NCBI GenBank assembly: GCA_022605425.2 | Contig: JAKIMF020000001.1 | Location: 1,984,001 to 2,048,000, forward strand | Direction: 5' to 3' | Length of the DNA stretch: 64,000 nt | Source of the DNA: Hamiltosporidium tvaerminnensis FI-OER-3-3 | Taxonomy: Eukaryota > Fungi > Microsporidia | Shown: positions 38,686 through 49,748 of the stretch, one piece after another | How the letters are laid out: each line of letters starts with the position of its first letter | How positions within the stretch are numbered: position 1 is the first letter of the stretch | Position numbers and translations under genes: made by a program | The notes under the pieces: model-generated | What the model saw: only the letters and a program-made list of their open reading frames with translations | Told to the model about the DNA's origin: nothing | Database searches by the model: none

Positions 38686-39070
38686 TTCGAGGCCATTCCT
38701 TCGGGTCGGCTGTTACGGAATCGAATATCGTCCGCAATGCCATTAGCCTGTTACCTTCCGGAATAGCTAGAGTACAGGGGCTTGTCATGTCGTACGATGG
38801 CTCGCACGCAGAGACTTCAACCGAAGAGGGAACTGGTGCATTAGGCGAAGGTAAGGTGTCAAGCCCACTATTTTGCATTTTACTGCATGTTTGGCTTGGT
38901 GGTGGAGGTGTTATTGTTGTGTAGGAGGAGGAAGGTAGGGGAATCGCCGGTGGGTGTAGCTTACATTTTTGTATCTCACTATCACTCTTTTTCACCTCAT
39001 CAGCGTCGTTTGCAGCCTTTATTTTGGTATTATTCGATATTTCGCTGCTAACATTTTTCTTTCTACCCAT
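38654..39070 (-). CDS. RLE element copy 2: Pro/Ser-rich N-terminal segment, separated by a T9 frameshift
   Basis: MGRKKNV... is nearly identical in all three copies. Confidence 0.7.
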   Translation of the reverse strand: MGRKKNVSSEISNNTKIKAANDADEVKKSDSEIQKCKLHPPAIPLPSSSYTTITPPPPSQTCSKMQNSGLDTLPSPNAPVPSSVEVSACEPSYDMTSPCTLAIPEGNRLMALRTIFDSVTADPKEWPRIVFFCSTDKV

Positions 39071-41630
39071 TAAATAATTTTAGATTCCGAATTTATATAT
39101 AATTTCCCTTAAATAATTAATTTCTTATGCTTTAAATATTTCTAGTATATTTTAAATTTAAACAAGATGAATATCGGTATCTATTTTTGGCTTAAATAAC
39201 ATGTTTTTATTTCTGAAAATTTAAGATCAATCGAAATCGAACAAATACTTTTTAATCATAATGAACTTTAATTTTAATTATAGTTTAAAATACAAAGAAA
39301 AATTTAAACTGTTTAAATTTTGACAAAAACATTGTGCGAATGTTTCTTTTACAAAAAATAGAAATATAAAAAATATGGTTTTATATTAGAAATTTCGATG
39401 CTTTTCTGGCATTTTATGAGACAAAATATGGAAAACAATTCCATTTAAAGTTAGTATTCTTAGTCTCTCGTTTCTAATTTTAGAATAAAATTAATGTTAT
39501 ATCGATATTTGTCTTTAAATTTTTCTATCGAATATTTTAGGATATTTTGAAGGTGCTTTATTTACTGTTATGTTATAAATTAGAATAATTTAACTACATG
39601 AGGATACAACAATACTCAAAGCTATAAAATCATAATTTTTTTTTGAAGATAATCTTTGGGCCTTAAAAAATAAAGCAAATCTGTAATTCGAAATAATAAC
39701 ACCGGACCAAAAATGCCAAATATTTTTGTTTTTTAATTTATAATATGATCAAATTGAAAAACCTTTTTCGAATAGCATAGTTAGCGCTTTTATTCGTTTA
39801 AAGCAGTGAAACTTTACTGTAATTCAAATGGCTTGTATATAGGCTTATTAATTTGAATGACACACAAAGGTTCTAAAAGCTTATTTTTTTTTGTAATATT
39901 GGCTAGCAAGAATTTTTATGGCTTTTCGTATAACTATTTCTCGGGTTATGACATAAATACACAAGAGAAAATCGAAATTGAAAATTTTCGCGATAGAATA
40001 TGATAATTGCAGTTAAAGAAAATTTAAAATTTCGTATTTCAAAACCTGCGAGTAGAAAATTTATTAAAAATCATGTAAATTTAAAATTTATTACTCTTAA
40101 ACGACTACCTTATCACTTTTTCTTTTGAAATTCGGAAATTTTGCAAAATAAAAATATATGAAGAGGTTAAAAAACGTTCTCCCAAAAAATTAATTTATAT
40201 TTCAAGAAATGCAATTTAATATTTTTTTATGCAGTAAATAGCTCAAAAAAATTCTAACAGTTATGATTAAATAAAATTATTCATCTACAGAACTTCGATA
40301 TTTAAAATGTTTAGATTGTTATAAAAATTGTATATTTTTAACAAATAGTTAAGGTCATTTTAGAAAATATTTCTTAAAGAAACAAAAGCATTGAACTTAC
40401 AAAAGTATAATCAAAAGAAATTGAACTCATCGATTTAATATTTAGTATGGTATCAACGAGCAAATAGAACGGCAAAAACTCGTTATTTCCTCGCGATAAC
40501 AAGTGTCTACACTGCTACAAAAACACATCATTCTAAATTTCGATTGGATTTTACTTGGCTTCATTCATATATTTAGAAGTAAATAAGGCATTTTTTTTCA
40601 TATAATTCCAAAAATGTTCTTTGGATTAACATTTAGAGACCGGGAGGACCAAGGAAGTATTGTGATTTCCTTTATTTCAAAATATCAACGGACACTTCTT
40701 ATGTTTACTTATGATGATTATCTTTCGTAAGATATCAATCGTACACTTATATTTCTAGCAGACGATTCTGAATGCTCGAAAGAATACTAAAATATTAAAA
40801 CCGGTCTATAATGAGATCAATAAATACCAAATTTCCAACGCCGGCTTTTTACATGCATCTTCAAACCACAATATTTTTACCTTCGGAATTACTTCTGGTG
40901 TCATATATTTGGGAATTGAGTGTTTCTCTTTCTCCTATGAAAAATAAACATTAGCATCATAATTAAAGGATCTAAGCTTGCATTCTTCACGAAATATTAC
41001 ACTTAAAACCTTCAGGCGAAGTAGATAAATTCATACTAGAATTTCAAATCTAGAAACTATATTTTTTTGGTTAAAAAAGGTTATTTAGCAGCGGAACAGT
41101 CATATCTACTAACATTTCTTGGATGATCTATTATAGTCTAGAGTGTACAATTAGCATTACATAATAATGCATCTAGTTCTCTGGCAATTTCTGGTTGGCT
41201 AATTTCCGAATTTTCTTTTCTAAAATTTAAAATTACATTGAATATTCTAATATATAGGGAGGTCGTACAGATTCATGTTTTCAATTTGTATCCCATCCTT
41301 TATATATTTCTCTAATGTTTCATGACTCGTAGACTTAGATAATTGTAGCAGTTAGGAATATTTTCTCATGTAATATCTTTAATATAACATCACTGAAGCA
41401 TCTTTCTCTCCGGCTGATTTAATAAACTCATTTAGGGTATTTTAAACTCCAAATACTTAATTTAATAATAATTGACGCAAATATTTATTGAAATTTTAAG
41501 TCGTTATGATTTTTTCAGAAATTTCAGAAAGAATATAATAAAATATATAATTTCTGATTATAATAGAATTCTTAAATGAAAAATAATTATTATTTAATAA
41601 AATTCTGGGTTAAAATATTTTTTACCATTT

Positions 41631-43466
41631 TTACATATTTTCTTCTACCTCTTTAACCACTTTTGTCTCTTCTTCCAAATCCGACTCTTCATTTATGTTA
41701 TTGGTCGGTTCCTCTAAAGTGGTTCCTCCTTGTGAAATAAGGGGTGCTTTATTTTTTGGTTTAAAATTTTTTGCATCATCTTCCTCTCTCTTCTCTCCTT
41801 TTAAAGGGGGTGTTGGTTCCTCATGCATCTCTGATCTCATAATAACACCCATTGACGCTCTCTCCCAGCTCTCTTCGGCATTTAGTCCTGACTCAAGTCC
41901 TCTTCGTCGATCAAAGGAAATTGTTTCGACTGTTTTCTTAAGTACTATAGACTGAATGTATGCCTCTACATTCATGGGTATTTCTAGTCTTTTAAGATTA
42001 TGTTCATGGTATTTCGTCACAAACACATCCCAGGTCATCACATAAAAGATTATCTCAACACTACGCCTATAAATAAGACCTAACTTATTGGCTAGCAGGT
42101 CATACTTCCTAAGTTTTTCAGTTTGATCTATTTTAAGTGAATCTTGAAAAGTGATTCCTACTTCAATGAGTGTTATCTTATTCTTCTTTTTATCTAAAAT
42201 AAATATGTCCGGTCTGTTATTCCAAATTTTAACATTAGTTTTAATTCTGGTGTTCACTCTTATCTCTGCATACTCATTATCAAGAATTTCTTGAACTGAG
42301 TGACTTCTTATTTGTTTTGAAGACTTAAACTTATATCTATTTAGAAGAAGTAGGTGTAGGTATCTAACCAATTCATTATGCCGTCTGGTATAGTCATGGC
42401 CTAGCATTTTTTCACATCTAGTTGCTAGATGATCTACGGTCTTACCAGACTTCCCGAAATGTTGACACACACCATCTGCTCCCCAGAATACATTTCTATC
42501 CTGGATATAGCAGAACACAGCTTCATTTCGTGGCCTAATATTTCCTCTCTTTAACCATCTTGAAGAGTCACTAACACTCACAAGCTTATTTTCCCTTGCA
42601 TTATATAACTTTATCTGAAGTTTTCGTTTTTCTATTTCGTTATATAGTTTTGCAAGTTGAGCTTCTTCTAAACTTTTCTTAGTGACTTCCTCTACCAACC
42701 TGTACTTTACTTTTAAGAAGCCTTTTATTAGTGCAAGATGGGTTTTATTATTATTCTCCACCTTGAGGATTGCTGCTCGTCTAGTTGATATTTCTTTACT
42801 TTTTTCCAGACAATCCAAGAGTTGCAGAAGCATATGTTCGCTTCGCAACTCAACACTATGTAGGCCTCTTCCAAGTTCTGTTCTAGGAAGATACAACCGC
42901 TCTTTACATCCTGGGCGGAGATGTATCTTATTTTTAACCAACACCGCACGCACTGCATCATCTAACTTAGAGAAGTCAGCCGGTTCAAGTCGAAGTACTC
43001 CTATGTGGTAGTTGATTAACGATATCGCATGTTGATTAATTGCAGAAAATAAATTTTTTGCGTTTAATCTAGTGTGACAAAGTCTTTCAACTCTTGTTAA
43101 AAGTTTGCTTTGTACTTCTTCAAATGAGCTACGTGTTGGGATTCCTCTGCTATCTTCTATTATTCTTAAATATTTGTAAACACTAACACCTTCTAGAAGA
43201 GTAGCAGTATCTTCACAACACGTATCATTTGTGGCTGACTTCTCTTTGTTAATCTCTAAGCCAATCACCTCTAAAAATTTCTTTGCCTCGCCTGTCATAG
43301 CACTCAATGTGGAGCTGTCTTTTGCAAGGAGCTTAAGATCATCAATAAACAAGAGATGATTAGTAGAATGGGATTCTGCATCTGTTTGTACTGTCACTTT
43401 TGTGTATTTTTCATTAAGCTTTCGGCTTAATGGATCCATACACAACACAAACAACAATAGTGACAA
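41631..43466 (-). CDS. RLE element copy 3: C-terminal RT half, Zn knuckle and RLE (fragment)
   Basis: As copy 2, but with CQHF in place of CQHC. Confidence 0.85.
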   Translation of the reverse strand: MSLLLFVLCMDPLSRKLNEKYTKVTVQTDAESHSTNHLLFIDDLKLLAKDSSTLSAMTGEAKKFLEVIGLEINKEKSATNDTCCEDTATLLEGVSVYKYLRIIEDSRGIPTRSSFEEVQSKLLTRVERLCHTRLNAKNLFSAINQHAISLINYHIGVLRLEPADFSKLDDAVRAVLVKNKIHLRPGCKERLYLPRTELGRGLHSVELRSEHMLLQLLDCLEKSKEISTRRAAILKVENNNKTHLALIKGFLKVKYRLVEEVTKKSLEEAQLAKLYNEIEKRKLQIKLYNARENKLVSVSDSSRWLKRGNIRPRNEAVFCYIQDRNVFWGADGVCQHFGKSGKTVDHLATRCEKMLGHDYTRRHNELVRYLHLLLLNRYKFKSSKQIRSHSVQEILDNEYAEIRVNTRIKTNVKIWNNRPDIFILDKKKNKITLIEVGITFQDSLKIDQTEKLRKYDLLANKLGLIYRRSVEIIFYVMTWDVFVTKYHEHNLKRLEIPMNVEAYIQSIVLKKTVETISFDRRRGLESGLNAEESWERASMGVIMRSEMHEEPTPPLKGEKREEDDAKNFKPKNKAPLISQGGTTLEEPTNNINEESDLEEETKVVKEVEENM

Positions 43467-45016
43467 ACTATCTCCTTATAGAATCTCTCTTTCAATCTTC
43501 TTGCTCTGATTTTTTCAGGCCCTACTGATATATCAATTTTCCATTTGGATATAATTACCTTAATAAATTTCAGGATCCAATCAGGTAAATTAAGGTTTTC
43601 AATGCATTGAGTTAAATAAGCATGATCTATTGAGTCATAAGCTTTTTTAACATCAATCCATGTTGCCTTAAGATTATTTCCATACTCTTTATTTAAGGCA
43701 ATATTCAGTAGAGCCTGCTCTTTCGCTCCCTGCACACCTCTTACCGCCCCTAATTGGTTCTCTGCAAGCAACCCTCGCCTTTCCACTTCAAGTTGAACGA
43801 CTTTCGTTACACACTTTTTCGTTAACTTATAGAGGTTGGACATACAAGTGATTGGCCTGTAGTCAGAGCCTCTTCGTGGAATTCCTTTCGGTATCAAATA
43901 CGTAAGCCCGCAGTAAAACCAATCAGCTTGAGGTGTTCCTTCTAAACATATAACTTTCACAATATCATAAAGATATTTGTGAAGAGTTGTAAGTTTCTTA
44001 ATTAAAAAATTGTAAATACCATCAATTCCAGCAGCTTTCCAATTAGGAAGCCAATTTATGATATTTAAAAATTCATCAAGTGAAGGAAACGTAGTCGGAT
44101 GATTATCTGATACAAATGGAATCAAATAATCATCATACGTGACTGTGTCATCATTTTTGTTCCACATTGTAGACCAAAAACTCACAATTTCATCACGACT
44201 AACCACATGCTCGGATTCCACACGCTCAGATAACCCACGATAAAATCGACCTCGGAAAAGCTCAAACATACGATTCTCTTTTCGGAATTGCTTCCTACTT
44301 TCATGCATCGTAATTTTTTTCTCGTACACATTCAAAGACTCATTCTTCTTAACTAAAGCCTCAGAAAGATCAGTTACACTGCTCAAGTTTAAATTAAACT
44401 CTCGCATGATTTTCTTAAGGCTCTTCGTTTCCGAAGTGGAGAGCTTTTCCTGCTTACGAGCCTTCTCGAGAAGATCTTTGGAAAGTACTAACTTAGAAAT
44501 TTTACTTTCTATGTTTTCCTTCCAAGCGGATCTAGGCTTCTCTTTACGTGTTGCCTCGTCATAGCATACCTGGGCTGCCTGGATTATCCGTGCCACTGCA
44601 GTTATCGTCATCGGCACACAAGAATCAGCATACTCACCGACTACTCGATTAATGAGATCCAGAACTTTACTATCAACCAATTCATTTGGATGTTTTCTAG
44701 TTCGGACCACCACTTTTCTAATTTCGTTCTCCGAGATTTCTTTGATTTTACTCAAGAATTCATCTCTCAGGTTTAGGTACTCCGTGGTGTCGGTCAAGGT
44801 GCATGTATCAGCGAGACAAGTGGCGATTCTACGTCGCTCTCCATTCTCTTCTGATTTTACTTCCTTTCCCATCTCACTTTGTGCCAATTTTTTTAACACT
44901 TCGAGAGTTTCAGTGCAGCCGAATTTCTCATTATAGTACCTGTGAAGCTCTGTCCAGCCATTTCTTGGCATTCTTTCAAACCTTGTCTGTACTGCAAAAA
45001 AACTATTCGAGGCCAT
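43427..45016 (-). CDS. RLE element copy 3: N-terminal region and RT domains 0-3 (fragment)
   Basis: Same RT motifs as copy 2. Confidence 0.85.
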   Translation of the reverse strand: MASNSFFAVQTRFERMPRNGWTELHRYYNEKFGCTETLEVLKKLAQSEMGKEVKSEENGERRRIATCLADTCTLTDTTEYLNLRDEFLSKIKEISENEIRKVVVRTRKHPNELVDSKVLDLINRVVGEYADSCVPMTITAVARIIQAAQVCYDEATRKEKPRSAWKENIESKISKLVLSKDLLEKARKQEKLSTSETKSLKKIMREFNLNLSSVTDLSEALVKKNESLNVYEKKITMHESRKQFRKENRMFELFRGRFYRGLSERVESEHVVSRDEIVSFWSTMWNKNDDTVTYDDYLIPFVSDNHPTTFPSLDEFLNIINWLPNWKAAGIDGIYNFLIKKLTTLHKYLYDIVKVICLEGTPQADWFYCGLTYLIPKGIPRRGSDYRPITCMSNLYKLTKKCVTKVVQLEVERRGLLAENQLGAVRGVQGAKEQALLNIALNKEYGNNLKATWIDVKKAYDSIDHAYLTQCIENLNLPDWILKFIKVIISKWKIDISVGPEKIRARRLKERFYKEIVCHYCCLCCVWIH

Positions 45017-45390
45017 TCCTTCGGATCGGCTGTTACGGAATCGAATATCATTCGCAATGCCATTAGCCTGTTACCTTCCGGAATAGCTAGAGTACAGGGG
45101 CTTGTCATGTCGTACGATGGCTCGCACGCAGAGACTTCAACCGAAGAGGGAACGGGTGCATTAGGCGAAGGTAAGGTGTCAAGCCCACTATTTTGCATTT
45201 TACTGCATGTTTGGCTTGGTGGTGGAGGTGTTATTGTTGTGTAAGAGGAGGGAGGTAGGGAAATCGCCGGTGGGTGTAGCTTACATTTTTGTACCTCACT
45301 ATCACTCTTCTTCACCTCATCAGCGTCGTTTGCAGCCTTTGTTTTGGTATTATTCGATATTTCGCTGCTAACATTTTTCTTTCTACCCAT
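44893..45390 (-). CDS. RLE element copy 3: Pro/Ser-rich N-terminal segment, separated by a T7 frameshift
   Basis: MGRKKNV... start, with a frameshift at the 44996-45002 homopolymer. Confidence 0.7.
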   Translation of the reverse strand: MGRKKNVSSEISNNTKTKAANDADEVKKSDSEVQKCKLHPPAISLPPSSYTTITPPPPSQTCSKMQNSGLDTLPSPNAPVPSSVEVSACEPSYDMTSPCTLAIPEGNRLMALRMIFDSVTADPKEWPRIVFLQYRQGLKECQEMAGQSFTGTIMRNSAALKLSKC

Positions 45391-46604
45391 AACCCCATTG
45401 AAAAATAAAATAATTAATTATTAATATTATATTTATAAATTAGACTTCTATACTTTAAGAAGGGTAGTGATTTCAATGACCAGCATATAATATATGATAA
45501 GAGAAATTGAAAATTAACTTTAAATTTTGGTAGTAAAAATAACATTTAATTTGCATCAAAGTATTCATTTGAATAGCATTCTGTATTTGATCTCTATAAT
45601 TATGAAAAAATCGAAAAATATTTTAAATATACACATATTGTTTTCTAATCTTAAGATGTAAATTTTCAAATTTGCAAAAATATTCAAGAAATAAATATAT
45701 TTTTAATTCATCTTAGTGTAAAATATACAAAATTAAATTTAAAAATAGTTTGAGAAATGAAATAACCTTTAAATCCAATTTTTGGTCCTTAACCGTTAAT
45801 ATAATAATATAAATAATATTTTGCTATAGTTCGAAGGGAGTTCGTAAAGACGTTAAATTTCTCTCTTAGAACTTTGATATCTTATTACATACGAGCCATT
45901 TTTCTTAGTTAAGTGGCAATATGTGGTTTTTTTTATAACGTTTCTTTGCATATAAACGCTATCGCTACTTTATTTAAATTCTTTTTCGGTTTCTAATCTA
46001 TAATCTTTTTGAAAAAAAAATGTGGTCTTCTTTTGATCTTAAATTCAGTTTAATAAATATTCGAAGTTGAAAATTTATGTTCTTCTAATCAATAGTTTCT
46101 ATTTATTATGTAATAAAAAGATACAAACAATAAAATACCTTCCACTTGCCTTATGAAGAACAACACTAAACAAATAGATCAAAGTATAGTTAAATATCTA
46201 AAAATTTAACATATGATGTATTTGATTTTTCTTGTTAAAACACATGATGGAAGATCTACTTTTAAAAAATTATCTAGTTGATATGAAAGCCTTAATACAA
46301 CCAACAACTTCTTAATATTAAAAATTAAGATTTTATAATCAGTAAATTTTTCTTACACTTGTCAGAAAATAGTAATTGAGGCAAGTAAAAATATGCTGCT
46401 AGAAATAAGCATGGAAATAAATCTTAACTTTTGGATTATTTATAAGCGTTTTGATATGTTTAGACATAGAAATAACAAAAAATTTCATTCAGATGTATTA
46501 TTTGAGGCATATTTAATTATGAATCTATGGAATTTTGTTGGTAAAAGAAATAAACCTTCTAATAAACAAATAAATATTACTTTTTACGATTTAGATACCA
46601 TATA

Positions 46605-46763
46605 CCGGTTAGTGCACTCTTTGAATTTCGTTCGGACGATTTGCGTGATGCTGGAAACCTAACCAAAAAAAATAAAATTGTCTTTGGAACGCCTATAACT
46701 TAGCGCAGCTATGATTCATCGTTGGATTGTGTTCTATCTAGGGAAGGATCGAACTATTAAATA
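46605..46763 (+). repeat. ~160-bp dispersed repeat of unknown class (also 29335-29493 minus strand, and partial at 24202-24328)
   Basis: Shared blocks 'ttgcg...gctg.aaac.taa.c', 'tctttggaacgcc' and 'atgattcatcgttggattgtgtt...tattaaa'. Confidence 0.7.
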
Positions 46764-48041
46764 AATATCATAAAAGGTTGTATAAAAGCATAATATATAG
46801 ATTTTTAAATTCTTATATCTAAATAAGCTAATAAAAGGTACATTAAGCTTTCATTGTAACAATTTAAATATAAAAATAAAAAAAAATTTAAACTTTGTGG
46901 TCTAAAACTTATATTTTATTTTTCTAGCAGCTTATTTTTTTTCGCTATTCAATTTTTTTTTATTTTGATATCATTCATTTAAAAATTTTTATGTTCCTAA
47001 AATTATAAATTTGATATAAATGTATATTATGAACAACAGTTGCAAATCAGCTATTTCTAATATCGTTTATATGATTCAATTATGCCCGACGACGACGACT
47101 CACCTCGAAATGTTTAATTCGTTAAAAAATATAAGACACCAATATGAATGCTCTAATTAAGATATATTTCTTTCTATTTGTTCATAAATCTTACACAACC
47201 AATAATAGTGAGTAGAACTGCTCATAAAACAATTAACACGATTCTATTGGTTCAAAAAACGATTTACAATAAAAATCGTAAACATTCCTTCTAGACTGAT
47301 TACTATGGAAGGACAAACATATATATATATTTTTATCATTTTTCTAAAATATTCTGTTTAAAAAAAAATTAAATCAATTGGTTAAGTTTTCTTTTCTAAG
47401 AATTTACAGCTGCATAAAAAATTGAATGATACAAATGATGTTTTTTTGCTGTTCTTCTGTGTAATATATTTATATTCTCACATAATAATTGCATACAACA
47501 AATATTGTTTGAATGGCTTAATGTAACTTTATACTTGATTAAATAAAAAGATTTTTAATAAAAATGACTAAGAATGAATCGAATAAATAAATTAAATAAT
47601 ACAGCATATAGTTAAAGAACAGTATTTTCAGACAACGAAAATTCAACATCTGAATAAATTTCTTCGAGAAAAAATACAGAATTGAATAAAAATAAGTGGA
47701 AAGTGAGCAGGCTAAACATAAAAGTTAAGCTGAAGGTCTGAAAAATTGAATGAAATAAAATAGAAGGGAAAATATTGTAATGAAAAAATATCCTAAATTT
47801 TATTGAGGAAATGCTTAAAAGTGGCAAATAATCCAAAAATGAAAGACTAAAAACTATACGAAGAAAAGACTAGATGAGAGTATAAAATATTTATTGAAAA
47901 TGTAGAGAAACTATGGCTCATATAGTGAAGTTTAGGATTATTTTCGGGGATATTTTTCTTAGGAATGTAAAAGAAAGTTCGTTGCTACGAGCTTAACGTC
48001 TAGTTAAATATAAAAAAATTAAAAATGTATTTTAAAAGATG

Positions 48042-48578
48042 ATTATAAGTGCTACTATAGTCTCTTAAAGCACTTTAATTTCAAGCTTACTAAGAACACG
48101 AAAGTCATGCTCTAAAAAACACGGCTGAGACTGTTCTTAATATGGATCAGAATCTTATGTTGCCAATACGACTGGTGAGCAAACAACTAGCGATGTTTAG
48201 AGAGAAAATACTGAGATGTATTTATAGACCTATAGAAGAGAATTCCAGGCGGAGCAAACGTAAAAACAGAGAATCTACACCGAATTAAGGATATGCCAGT
48301 AGTGGATTTAGCCTACTCGTACAGACTTCGCTGGGTAAAACACCTGCTAAGAATGGGGCAACATCACATATCTTTTAAAGTTTTGAACCATATGCTTGTC
48401 GGGAAAAGGAAATGGAAAAAGACCCAAGACTCTCTGAATTGATCAAACCGAAAAAACCGCCTGACTTCTGGGAGTGAAGGATTGGTGGAATGTGGCACTG
48501 GAAAAAGACCGGTAGGCGACATTACCGAGGGAGGCCAAGACTCGTGCAGAGCTGTAGTGCCGAGGATAAATAAATAAA
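48042..48578 (+). mobile_element. 5'-truncated RTE copy with a (TAAA)n tail and a 9-bp TSD
   Basis: Homologous to 12425-12953. TSD TAAAAGATG at 48033-48041 and 48579-48587. Confidence 0.85.
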
Positions 48579-49687
48579 TAAAAGATGTTTCACTAAGTCA
48601 AATAATATATTTCAAAATAAAATTATAAAATTTTAAATTATTTAGTGTTAATTCGTATACAAAAATATGATTTCTATTCTGATTTTTTATAGAATCATAA
48701 GTAAAGCAGAATTGAATATAAATCTAATTAAAATATTAATTCTTAAATAATTTGAAACTTTTTTAAGCAATTAAGATTTTGATTCATCTAATGATTACAG
48801 AAATATATTTAATACACTTACAATAAAGTTTTGATAGATTAAAATTTTATTTGTTATTTTGGTTCATCTATAAATTAAAGAAACGTATTTACTAGATTAT
48901 AATATAAGCTATGATAGATTAAAAAATTTACATTTATTATGTAATATAAAGTGTTATAAAAAATATAAATTAGAATATTCTAATATATTGGTTAACACTT
49001 TACGGTATTTTATTTAATTTGGAAAAAAAAATTTTTTAATTTAAATTTTGATTTTTTTAACTAAAAATAGAAAATAATTTCGATTTTCTTTTATTTTCTT
49101 ATATTTTCTTAGATCTTTTTGATTTTTTTATCATAATTTTATTTTGAAAATAAATGAATTTTAAACAAATTTTAGTTTTAAAAGTAGTAATACTTTCTTT
49201 TTAAATAATTGGAAAGTAAAACTAATTGGTTTTAAATTATAAAAAGAGAATTGGAAATATTTTCTTATCATTTAGTGTTTAGAAGTGATTTTATTCTTAG
49301 TTTAAAAAAACATTTAAAATATTGAAATATTTTCTGATTAAAATAATTAGAAAGTAATTAAATTTTTAGCTTAAAAATATTTTTTAAAAATGTAAAAATA
49401 CTTTTATAATAGAGCTACGTTTATAATAGAGATACTTTTATTAGTGGAAATAACTTTTCAAGAGTAGAGAACACATTTATTATTCTTTTTATTGTTTTAA
49501 AAATATTTTTATTTTTTAATTTAATTAAAAACGAATCAAGATAAAAATATCGATAAAGTGTCATAAAATTTCAGTAAAAAATAAATAAAATCCTTTTTTT
49601 GATTATTAAGCAATTTCAAAACCAAAAAGAATTTCAAATATTTATTTTCTATTTGCAATTTAAATTTGTTATCTAAAATTTTGTATC

Positions 49688-49748
49688 AAAAAAAAAAATT
49701 TTTTTTCGCAAAATGAACCAATAAAAGTACACCCCTTAAAATATTATA
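49688..49748 (+). promoter_or_regulatory. Microsporidian-type upstream signal (A-run/T-run, then CCCC ending 13 nt before the ATG)
   Basis: 'aaaaaaaaatttttttt...accccttaaaatattataATG'. A CCC also precedes the ATPase ATG (62688-62690). Confidence 0.5.

Larger units (their letters stand above)
35268..39080 (-). mobile_element. RLE-type non-LTR retrotransposon, copy 2, full length, with a 14-bp TSD
   Basis: TSD TAGATTCCGAATTT at 35254-35267 and 39081-39094. RT, CCHC (CQHC...H...C) and RLE motifs are present. Confidence 0.95.
41587..45398 (-). mobile_element. RLE-type non-LTR retrotransposon, copy 3, full length, with a probable 10-bp TSD
   Basis: TGAAAAATAA at 41577-41586 and 45399-45408. Same ORF pieces as copy 2. 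Confidence 0.93.

Noticed and set aside
40400-41450. Further decayed non-LTR remnant (LWFEDACKK on the minus strand)
   Set aside because: A single short motif, with no definable boundaries.
47600-47990. Possible decayed RLE fragments (also ~27080-27950 and ~51500-51750)
   Set aside because: Only vague similarity by eye.
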